A stretch of DNA of 64,000 nucleotides from Macrostomum lignano (Eukaryota): assembly GCA_002269645.1 (NCBI GenBank), contig NIVC01001770.1, positions 175,703 through 239,702 on the forward strand. The letters are read 5' to 3'. Shown here in pieces: positions 11,523-22,648 of this stretch (positions are counted from its first letter, which is position 1; every line of letters starts with the position of its first letter). Under the pieces are notes generated by a model, which was not told the DNA's origin, searched no databases, and saw nothing but the letters and a program-made list of their open reading frames with translations. A program made the position numbers and the translations under genes.

Positions 11523-14500
11523 CTAGAGTCTCTCTGACCCATCGGCAATGTGCCCAATCACCATGACGATGTCACAGCTGGCCATGGGGTCGGACACTGG
11601 CCGGCGCTCAAGCACGGCGCTGCGGCCGGCAAAACCGAGGAACCGGTACACGTGGGACTGGTCCGTCACGTCTTGAACCACCTCGCCTGTCTGCCAGGCT
11701 CGGGCCTGCAAATTTGGGAAAATCGGGCTAGAAATAGGATCTGGGAAGAGGGCGATTAGGGTGGGATCTGGGAAATGGGAGGCCGCGTAAGGGATCTAAG
11801 AAAGGGGAGATTAAGGTGGGAGCTGAGAATGAGATAGGATCTGAGAATGAGATAGGATCTGAGAATGAGATAGGATCTGAGAATGAGATAGGATCTGAGA
11901 ATGAGATAGGATCTGAGAATGAGATAGGATCTGAGAATGAGATACGATCTGAGAATGAGATAGGATCTGAGAATGAGATAGGATCTGAAAATGAGATAGG
12001 ATCTGAGAATGAGATAGGATCTGAGAATGAGATAGGATCTGAGAATGAGATAGGATCTGAGAATGAGATAGGATCTGAGAATGAGATAGGATCTGAGAAT
12101 GAGATAGGATCTGAGAATGATATAGGATCTGAGAATGAGATAGGATCTGAGAATGAGATAGGATCTGAGAATGAGATACGATCTGAGAATGAGATAGGAT
12201 CTGAGAATGAGATAGGATCTGAGAATGAGATAGGATCTGAGAATGAGATACGATCTGAGAATGAGATAGGATCTGAGAATGAGATAGGATCTGAGAATGA
12301 GATATGATCTGAGAATGAGATAGGATCTGAGAATGATATAGGATCTGAGAATGAGATAGGATCTGAGAATGATATAGGATCTGAGAATGAGATAGGATCT
12401 GAGAATGAGATACGATCTGAGAATGAGATACGATCTGAGAATGAGATACGATCTGAGAATGAGATACGATCTGAGAATGAGATACGATCTGAGAATGAGA
12501 TAGGATCTGAGAATGAGATAGGATCTGAGAATGAGATACGATCTGAGAATGAGATAGGATCTGAGAATGAGATATGATCTGAGAATGAGATATGATCTGA
12601 GAATGAGATAGGATCTGAGAATGATATAGGATCTGAGAATGAGATAGGATCTGAGAATGATATAGGATCTGAGAATGAGATACGATCTGAGAATGAGATA
12701 GGATCTGAGAATGAGATAGGATCTGAGAATGAGATACGATCTGAGAATGAGATAGGATCTGAGAATGATATAGGATCTGAGAATGAGATAGGATCTGAGA
12801 ATGAGATAGGATCTGAGAATGATATAGGATCTGAGAATGAGATAGGATCTGAGAATGAGATAGGATCTGAGAATGAGATACGATCTGAGAATGAGATACG
12901 ATCTGAGAATGAAATAGGATCTGAGAATGAGATAGGATCTAAGAATGATATAGGATCTAAGAATGATATAGGATCTGAGAATGATATAGGATCTGAGAAT
13001 GAGATAGGATCTGAGAATGAGATAGGATCTGAGAATGAGATAGGATCTGAGAATGAGATAGGATCTGAGAATGAGATAGGATCTGAAAATGAGATAGGAT
13101 CTGAGAATGAGATAGGATCTGAGAATGATATAGGATCTGAGGAAGAGATAGGATCTGAAAATGAGATAGGATCTGAGAATGAGATGGGATCTGAGAATGA
13201 GATGGGATCTGAGAATGAGATGGATCTCAGAATGAAATGGGATTTGAGAAAGAGATGGGATCTGAGAATGAAATGGGATTTGAAGAAAGAGATGGGATCT
13301 GAGAATGAGATGGGATCTGAGAATGAAATGGGATTTGAGAAAGAGATGGGATCTGAGAATGTAGTGCTGAGCAGGGTCCGCACCTGAAATCCGTGACAGT
13401 GAAAAGCCAGCAGACTGTCGGCAAGCGGCTGTGCGGCCTCAACAACAAACGGAAACTCGATACGGCCGTCAGCAGCCTCGGAGGAGTCGCCGAAGCTGCA
13501 TGCGCGGCCGGTGTCCAGACGGTGCAAAATGGCCAGACGGCCGTGGCAGAGCAGCACGCTGCGAGAGCCCAGCTGTTCAAGGTGCACCAGGCCGAGCTCC
13601 TCCAGGTTTAGATGGCCATAACCAGGATGAATTCGACGGTAGCCCAGATCGGGCACTGGCAGCAGCTGTATATCACAATCGGCTCGTTCAAATTCTAGCA
13701 GGTGAAACCTCACTATACTACTGCTGCTGCTGCTATCAGTAGCCAGTAAAGAATTGCTGCCCATAGCGCCAAGGCAGGCGAACGGCAGCTCCTTATCGGG
13801 CCGGGTTAGCAGTTCCAGCGTGAGCAGCGGCTGCGGCATCTCAGCTGGCCGGACCAGTCGGCACGGATTGAACCTCCGCCTGCCGGGATCCCAGCGGAGC
13901 AGCACGACGGAGTCAGGCAGGGCGCAGACCAGCCAGCGCTGCCCAGTGGCCGGGTGGCAGCGCGCAGCCGCCCGGATGCAGCCTTTGGTGCTGGGCACCT
14001 TGGCAACCGCAGCTGACCTGGCCCGGCCCAGCAGCAGTCGAGGCTGCTTGGACTGCTGCTGACTGATCAGGGCCGGCAGGTCCAACCGGTACAGGCGGGG
14101 GTGCCGGCCGCAGGCTGCGGTCACCACATCGCGATACACATCCAGCCAGATGCAGCGCATTGGCAGCAGCTGCACCATGACGGACTCGTGCAGCTGGCTG
14201 AGGCTCATGCAGTACAGGCCCTCGTTAGCGCCTAGCAGAAGAAGCGAGTCATCATCTTGGCCGGCGCCTCCGCTGCCATTCCACCTGGCGCAGCAGTTGA
14301 TCTTCAGCGGGCAGGTGTCGAACAGTTGCACCAGGCCGGCGCCCATCCACGGCACCGACGAATGCGGGGAGGCGGGAGGTGCGGCGGGCGACGTACGGGG
14401 CGGCGGAGGCCGGGAAGGCGGAGCGACCTAACGGGACGTGCGAAGGAAAATTAGTGCAGTTAGTGCATTGTGTACTGCAGGGTGTTCGTTTAGTCGGCAT

Positions 14501-17500
14501 CAACCTTATTTACTCAGCATCTTCTGTCCCATCATCTACTCAGCATTATCTGCCTCATTATCTACTCAGCATCTTCTGTCCCATCATCTACTCAGCATAT
14601 TCTGCCCGAAATCATACCGAAAACCTGCTTTGTTTCCGGAATCAATTTTTAAACATATAAAGCATCGAAGTCATTCAATAAAGCTCCTACTAAGAGTAGT
14701 AAATAACAGCAGGGTCTAATCTCCCCACCCTTACAGGTTTCCGCCGCAGAGGCTGGTGAACAGACGGGCTGAAATTCGGTTTCTCCTGCGATTTCGGCGC
14801 CTGCGCTGGTGAATTATCGGTAATACTGGATGTAGCTTGGTTGCTAGGCAACTGCTGTTGTTGCTGAGGCGGCGGCGTTCGCAACGGCGGAGGCTGCGGA
14901 TGAGGCTGCCTAGGCGACTGTCTAGCCGGCATCTGCAGCAGGTGTTGAACATTGGCCCGGCGTTGAGAGCAGACGTCTTGAAATTCGCGCAGCAATGCAA
15001 CCGTCAGGTGCTCGCCAAGACCGGGTGCGGCAATGAACTGGTGCTGCAGCAGCTGCGCGGCAGAGGACCGGTGCCTGCAGATGATGAAGAGTAGATGCGG
15101 CAGATGATGCAGAGTAGATGGGGCAGATATGAAGATGATGAGTAGATAGGGTAGATGATGCAGAGTAGATAGGGCAGATAGGGCAGATGATGCTGAGTAG
15201 ATGGGGCAGATGATGCTGAGTAGATGGGGCAGATGATGCTGAGTAGATGGGGCAGATGATGCTGAGTATAGATGGGGCAGATGATGCCGAGTAGATGGGG
15301 CAGATGATGCCGAGTAGATGGGGCAGATGATGCCGAGTCGATGGGGCAGATGATGCTGAGTAGATGGGGCAGATGATGCTGAGTAGATGGGGCAGATGAT
15401 GCTGAGTATAGATGGGGCAGATGATGCTGAGTATAGATAGGGCAGATGATGCCGAGTAGATGGGGCAGATGATGCCGAGTAGATGGGGCAGATGATGCCG
15501 AGTCGATGGGGCAGATGATGCCGAGTAGATGGGGCAGATATGAAGATGATGAGTAGATGGGGCAGATGATGCTGAGTATAGATGGGGCAGATGATGCCGA
15601 GTAGATGGGGCAGATGATGCCGAGTAGATGGGGCAGATGATGCCGAGTAGATGGGGCAGATGATTCCGAGTCGATGGGGCAGATGATGCCGAGTAGATGG
15701 GGCAGATATGAAGATGATGAGTAGATGGGGCAGATGATGCTGAGTATAGATGGGGCAGATGATGCCGAGTAGATGGGGCAGATGATGCCGAGTAGATGGG
15801 GCAGATGATGCCGAGTAGATGGGGCAGATGATGCGAGTCGATGGGGCAGATGATGCCGAGTAGATGGGGCAGATATGAAGATGATGAGTAGATGGGGCAG
15901 ATGATGCTGAGTATAGATGGGGCAGATGATGCCGAGTAGATGGGGCAGATGATGCCGAGTAGATGGGGCAGATGATGCCGAGTAGATGGGGCAGATATGA
16001 AGATGATGAGTAGATAGGGCAGATTGTGCTGAGTAGATAGGGCAGATGTTAATGAGACCATGCTTCAAGAAACTCAGCGCCAAATCACCTGGGATTCAGC
16101 CGCAGCGCAGCGCACAGGAAGCTGTGAAAGCTTTCAGTCCAGGCGGCCCGGCGGCGCAAAGTGGGCTGGCGGTAGCCGCGGCTGGCGATGGCCTGCAGGG
16201 CCTTCATCGGTGGCAGGCTGAACAAGGGCGGCTCCAGTTCGGCCAACTCGATGGCGGTGATGCCTACCGACCAGACGTCGCAGAGCTCGTTGTAGCCGCC
16301 GGTCCGTCTGACATCCGCCACCTGCAGCCAAGTAAGTTAAGAGGCGCTGGGTAGATTTAGGGAGTCAGCTGCCGCTCTGGGTAGGTTTAGGGAGTTATCT
16401 GCCGCTCTGGGTAGGTTTAGGGAGTTATCTGCCGCTCTGGGTAGGTTTGGGGAGTTATCTGCCGCTCTGGGTAGGTTTAGGGAGTTATCTGCCGCTCTAG
16501 GTAGGTTTAGGGAGTTATCTGCCGCTCTAGGTAGGTTTAGGGAGTTATCTGCCGCTCTGGGTAGGTTTAGGGAGTTATCTGCCGCTCTGGGTAGGTTTAG
16601 GGAGTTATCTGCCGCTCTGGGTAGGTTTAGGGAGTCAGCTGCCGCTCTGGGTAGGTTTAGGGAGTCAGCTGCCGCTCTGGTAGGTTTAGGGAGTCAGCTG
16701 CCGCTCTGGGTAGGTTTAGGGAGTCAGCTGCCGCTCTGGGTAGGTTTAGGGAGTCAGCTGCCGCTCTGGTAGGTTTCAGCGACCATCTACTTAGATCAGA
16801 TAGGTTCCACGAAGATTGTCAATGCAAAGTACAGCGAGTTATGTACCTCAGGTGCCATCCAATAAGGCGTGCCAATAAAGGACATCCGTTTGCCAAGTGT
16901 AGCAGTAATCTGGCGGCAATGCCAAAGTCGGCCAGCTAACCGCGCCCTCCATAGTTAACAATATATTGGCTCCTTTGATGTCGCGGTGCAGCCGGTGCAG
17001 GCTGTGCATGTGCGCCAGGGCACGCAGGGACTCCCGACAAACAAAAGCGATGACGGATTCTTTAAGGGCTGTCTGGGTGACATTGTAAATGTCTTGCAGG
17101 GACTTGCCACCACAGTACTCCATGGCCATCCATAGGCACAGCTGTCGGGGTGCGCGGATCTCGCTGGACAAGGATTGTTGGCAGCAAGAGTTTCTCTTTT
17201 GAGGCTTTGAATGGGATTATTGACATTTTCTGACCAATCCCAATTATTGGGGGGATTCTGAGATCTGCACATTTTCTCATCCCAATTATTAGGGAGATTC
17301 TGTGAGATCTGCACATTTTATCATCCCAATTATTAGGGAGATTCTGTGAGATCTGCACATTTTCTCATCCCAATTATTAGGGAGATTCTGTGAGATCTGC
17401 ACATTTTATCATCCCAATTACTGGGGAGATTCTGAGATCTACACATTTTCTCATCCCAATTATTGGAGAGATTCTGAGATCTGCACATTTTCTCATCCCA

Positions 17501-18716
17501 ATTATTGGAGAGATTCTGAGATCTGCACATTTTCTCATCCCAATTATTGGAGAGATTCTGAGATCTGCACATTTTCTCATCCCAATTATTAGGGAGATTC
17601 TGTGAGATCTGCACATTTTATCATCCCAATTATTAGGGAGATTCTGTGAGATCTGCACATTTTCTCATCCCAATTATTAGGGAGATTCTGTGAGATCTGC
17701 ACATTTTATCATCCCAATTACTAGGGAGATTCTGAGATCTACACATTTTCTCATCCCAATTATTGGAGAGATTCTGAGATCTGCACATTTTCTCATCCCA
17801 ATTATTGGAGAGATTCTGAGATCTGCACATTTTCTCATCCCAATTATTGGAGAGATTCTGAGATCTGCACATTTTCTCATCCCAATTATTGGAGAGATTC
17901 TGTGAGATCTGCACATTTTCTCATCCCAATTATTAGGGAGATTCTGTGAGATCTGCACATTTTCTCATCCCAATTATTGGGGAGATTCTGAGATTTGCAC
18001 ATTTTCTCATCCCAATTATTGGGGAGATTTTGAGATCTGCACATTTTCTCATCCCAATTATTGGAGAGATTCTGAGATCCAAACATTTTTCTTATTCCAA
18101 TTATTGGGGACATTCTATAAGATCTACATTTCTTATCCCATCCAAATTATTAGGAAGATTCTGTAAGATCAATAATTTTTATCATTATAATCATTAGGTA
18201 ACAACTTAAGTTAAATTAATAAACTCACGTAAGAAATGCTCCATAGAATTGGACAATATTGGCATGTTGACAATCTTTTAATGCATATAACTCAGCTAAT
18301 ATATTCTTTAAATCATCTTTGGGCTCAATTTTTACACACTTTAGTGCTGCAATACCATCAGTTGATAGATTCTGCACCTAAAATATTTTAAATAATAATA
18401 GTTTGCTAAAAATCAATTATTTTTTAATACAAAGAATACAAGTTAAAATATTGATTTAAATAACAAAGTTAATATCAAGTAATATGATCCCAGAATTCTC
18501 TTTTAAAAACTAGTTTAATACTATTCTACTTATACATTGGGGACTTTACTTTACCTTATATACATGTCCATATGTTCCACTTCCTACTTCCTTGATATTC
18601 CGGTAGAACTCCCAAGGATCATAGCCTTTAATTACACTAAATAGCTCTGGGTGTGCACGAAAAATTGAACTTCGAGATAAATTATTCTGCTTAACAGCTG
18701 GTCCACTGGGTTGCAT
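11523..18716 (-). CDS. MAP4K3: GCK-I subfamily STE20 kinase (MAP4K3/MAP4K5/happyhour-like): N-terminal kinase plus C-terminal CNH domain, ~809 aa, 7 coding exons
   Basis: Exons (minus): 18716-18555, 18377-18229, 17163-16847, 16321-16089, 15074-14735, 14427-13384, 11705-11523, all GT-AG and phase-consistent once two 1-nt deletions in exon 3 are restored. Motifs [65 protein letters not shown]; CNH start [19 protein letters not shown] and end [17 protein letters not shown]. Exact paralogue assignment uncertain. Confidence 0.9.
11818..13359. repeat. Minisatellite, 18-bp unit (gagaatgagataggatct), MAP4K intron 6
   Basis: ~85 near-perfect copies. Confidence 0.97.
14505..14610. repeat. Short degenerate array in MAP4K intron 5, inverted relative to the intron 4 array
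   Basis: tactcagcatcttctgtcccatcatc units resemble the reverse complement of agtagatggggcagatgatgctg. Confidence 0.7.
15078..16047. repeat. Minisatellite, 23-bp unit (agtagatggggcagatgatgccg), MAP4K intron 4
   Basis: Tandem periodicity abutting the exon 5 acceptor. Confidence 0.95.
16345..16775. repeat. Minisatellite, 30-bp unit (gggtaggtttagggagttatctgccgctct), MAP4K intron 3
   Basis: Tandem periodicity. Confidence 0.95.
17232..18125. repeat. Minisatellite, 42/44-bp unit with ~300-bp higher-order repeat, MAP4K intron 2
   Basis: Unit gagatctgcacattttctcatcccaattattggagagattct; near-identical ORFs recur 300 bp apart (17333/17633, 17377/17677). Confidence 0.95.
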
Positions 18717-19195
18717 GCTGAAATTTAAAAGAGTAAAGTTTAAATTAAGAAGAATGACTAATTAATCAGCATATTGGACTTTGTAGGCATTTGGCACTAG
18801 CCGTGTTAGTTAGCAATAAGCCAATAGTACCTATACAAAGTGTGTTCAAGTTAAAGTAGTACATTAAACTACATTACAATAATTTAGACCTGGGGTGTTC
18901 TAATAATCAATTTAAATAGTGCAGTGCAGTATGCAGCATCTATCTCCATCTGTACGCATGATAACAAGGCATTAGACTCGCGTATGTGAAGTTGGGAACA
19001 CACTTTTCATGCTTTTTACTTACGAGTACATTACAAGGAAATAAAGGCCGGCGCTTTTTACAGGAAAACTTATTCAATTGAATTTAATGCTTTACGCGAA
19101 ATAACTCAGCAGTCGAGTTCGTTAATTATCGCTGAAACAAGCAAAATTATTTTATTTATTTTTAGTTGTCTTGTAAGTCATAAGGCTTACTTAAG

Positions 19196-19559
19196 GGGGA
19201 GTTAGCTTAGAGGTCAAGCACGGCGCAGTTATGTGCCAGCGGCCCGGGCTCGATTCCAGATGCAGTCACATTTTATTATTCACGGCGAAATTGGAATCTC
19301 GGCTTGGGTCTGCTCGTGCAATTAACGCCCTTGAGTGCCAACCCCAACACTGAAGTGTACATACCTAACGATAAATAAAGTCAGGTTAAGACTGCTGTAC
19401 AGTGCGTGCCTGTGCGTATGACTGCGTACATATCCACGCGCTTTGCCTGTGAAGGGAGTCGGCGGAATGATGGGCAGTAATATATGCCTAGCTAGCCACC
19501 GGTTGTGTGACAATGTCGCTTAAAGTGCGTCAGGGCACACAGCCCTGCCTCTAATGAAA
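19196..19559 (+). mobile_element. Full-length tRNA-derived SINE, family A, young copy
   Basis: A box TAGCTTAGAGG, B box GGCTCGATTCC; perfect 14-bp TSD aaggcttacttaag at 19182-19195 and 19560-19573. Confidence 0.9.
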
Positions 19560-20814
19560 AAGGCTTACTTAAGCTTTAGGACAGGTCTTAATGTATATAT
19601 TTTAGGCACATTTAATCACAGCTTCAACTGCTCAAACAATGTACGATGCTAACAAAAGAAAAGAATTCTTTCGACCAAATGTCTGTAACTATCTCTTTTT
19701 TTAATTTCATGTACATTTTAGAGCTTGGAAGATCAGCGGACAATTTTTAATTTTCACTTTTACCATTTGATTTGGCCAGATTTTTAATTGATATTCGCGT
19801 GACTATTTTGACTATTTGGATATGCACATGATTGCATGAAGCTCCACATGTATATTAAAACAGCATTAGATTCGAGGCTGCGGCGCGCAGAATAAATAAT
19901 GCACGATTAAGTCAATATCGTTGAGTGGATGAACACAATTTTCTTGGCATGCACGAATCTCGCGTGCACGTCGCGGATTTGATCATCTGCGCATAGACGA
20001 GACTGCAGTCTCATGGTCTCTAGAGACTTGAGCAAATTATAATTATCGTATCTCAAGCGTCACTAAAACTTGAAGAGAAAAAACTGAATTCTAGGCTTTC
20101 TTGCATTTCCAAAATTTGTCAAACAAAATTAATTCACAATTGCGATATCGACAGAAATTAATAGTTACAGCACCAAGGACGACGGCCCATTAGCAAAAGC
20201 AATTAGTGGACCTGCATAATTTCTCCACAGGAATATTTCTTTCTCTCTTACGTTTCGAGTTTGCTTAATAGCTTTAATCCCAATTCTAACACACGCAAAC
20301 AGTAGCCAACGGTTCTGGGCTTGAGAAACTCAGAATTCAGACTGATTGGAGACTGGAATATTTATTTTAGCCCCACCCCGGTCTTGCATATACATGTATA
20401 GGCCTTGTACCAGAAGTAGGCGGAGCTGCTATTAGCAAACACGCTCCCGCGACAATCAACTTACCTGGGACAGTCCAGGCGAAATTTTGAGACCAAATAT
20501 GGCTTCGCTTGTATAGCCTGTTTAACAGATTTTAGATACTTTCAAATTTCTCGACGAATTTCCGTTCGACCAGCAGCTAAATCAATCATCCGGAGACGGG
20601 AGCACTGAAAGCTGATGGCCCCAGGCTGAGACAGCTCAAATTCGGCTTGAATCAATATAGACAATTTCATAGAGATTATTGATTCGCAAATTTACCATCA
20701 ATTAATTTATTCAGTTTCCAGTGAGTGTAAATTGTTCCTCGGAACAGCAAATTAATGCCTTTTTGTCAATTCCCCATCTTTAACTCTGTTTCTCAACCCA
20801 CAGTCCAGGATTTC

Positions 20815-22325
20815 CTATCTGTTTCTCAGTCCACACTTCCTGGATGTCCGATCTGTCTCTCACCCCAAAGTTCCAGGATGTCCGATCTGTCTCTCACCCC
20901 ACAGTTCCAGGATGTCAGATCTGTCTCACACCATAGTTCCAGGATGTCCGATCTGTCTCACACCATAGTTCCAGGATGTCCGATCTGTCTCTCACCCCAC
21001 AGTTCCAGGATGTCCGATCTGTCTTTCACCCCACAGTTCCAGGATGTCAGATCTGTCTCTCACCCCACAGTTCCAGGATTTCCGATCTGTCTCTCACCCC
21101 ACAGTTCCAGGATGTCAGATCTGTCTCACACCATAGTTCCAGGATGTCCGATCTGTCTCACACCATAGTTCCAGGATGTCCGATCTGTCTCTCACCCCAC
21201 AGTTCCAGGATGTCCGATCTGTCTTTCACCCCACAGTTCCAGGATGTCAGATCTGTCTCTCACCCACAGTTCCAGGATGTCCGATCTGTCTCTCACCCCA
21301 CAGTTCCAGGATGTCAGATCTGTCTCACACCATAGTTCCAGGATGTCCGATCTGTCTCTCACCCCACAGTTCCAGGATGTCCGATCTGTCTTTCACCCCA
21401 CAGTTCCAGGATGTCAGATCTGTCTCTCACCCACAGTTCCAGGATGTCCGATCTGTCTCTCACCCCACAGTTCCAGGATGTCAGATCTGTCTCACACCAT
21501 AGTTCCAGGATGTCCGATCTGTCTCTCACCCCACAGTTCCAGGATGTCAGATCTGTCTCTCACCCCACAGTTCCAGGATGTCCGATCTGTCTCACACCAT
21601 AGTTCCAGGATGTCCGATCTGTCTCTCACCCCACAGTTCCAGGATGTCCGATCTGTCTTTCACCCCACAGTTCCAGGATGTCAGATCTGTCTCTCACCCA
21701 CAGTTCCAGGATGTCCGATCTGTCTCTCACCCCACAGTTCCAGGATGTCAGATCTGTCTCACACCATAGTTCCAGGATGTCCGATCTGTCTCTCACCCCA
21801 CAGTTCCAGGATGTCAGATCTGTCTCTCACCCCACAGTTCCAGGATGTCAGATCTGTCTCACACCATAGTTCCACGATGTCAGATTTGTCTCACACCACA
21901 GTTTCAGGATGTCAGATCTGTCTCACACCATAGTTCCAGGATGTCCGATCTGTCTCTCACCCCACAGTTCCAGGATGTCAGATCTGTCTCTCACCCCACA
22001 GTTCCAGGATGTCAGATCTGTCTCTCACCCACAGTTCCAGGATGTCCGATCTGTCTCTCACCCCACAGTTCCAGGATGTCAGATCTGTCTCACACCATAG
22101 TTCCAGGATGTCCGATCTGTCTCTCACCCCACAGTTCCAGGATGTCAGATCTGTCTCTCACCCCAAAGTTCCAGGATGTCAGATCTGTCTCTCACCCCAC
22201 AGTTCCAGGATGTCAGATCTGTCTCACACCATAGTTCCACGATGTCAGATTTGTCTCACACCATAGTTCCAGGATGTCCGATCTGTCTCTCACCACAGTT
22301 CCAGGATGTCCGATCTGTCTCACCC
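20815..22325. repeat. Minisatellite, 31-34-bp unit (cagttccaggatgtccgatctgtctctcacccca)
   Basis: Tandem periodicity; source of many SSRMSDLS ORFs. Confidence 0.95.
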
Positions 22326-22648
22326 TTCAGGTCTAAAGTACATGTGAGTGAATCACTTATTCATCCTGTAATTTTAAGTGCATTTCATGAGTTCACTTCA
22401 GTTTCCGCAGTATAATTTGATAAAATATTGGCAACACAAACAAAGTTTTGTCTATGCAGACTCGATGAATAGATACGATTCTCTCAGGTGACATTATAGC
22501 AGGCCTTTTATTAATCGCATCTTGTATTTATTGTTCCAATCTCGAACAGACTCACAGCGGACCCCTAACAACTGTATTAGTGAAAATGTATCTCTCTCGT
22601 GTTAGGGAAAAACGCTCTATGATTTGTTGCCATTTCCTGCTATCTTCC

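Noticed and set aside
11728-14355. 875-aa ORF as a stand-alone gene
   Set aside because: It is MAP4K exon 6 reading through a canonical donor (13383) into the intronic 18-bp array.
16345-16775. Telomere-like tttaggg motif
   Set aside because: One motif within a 30-bp unit, not a (TTAGGG)n tract.
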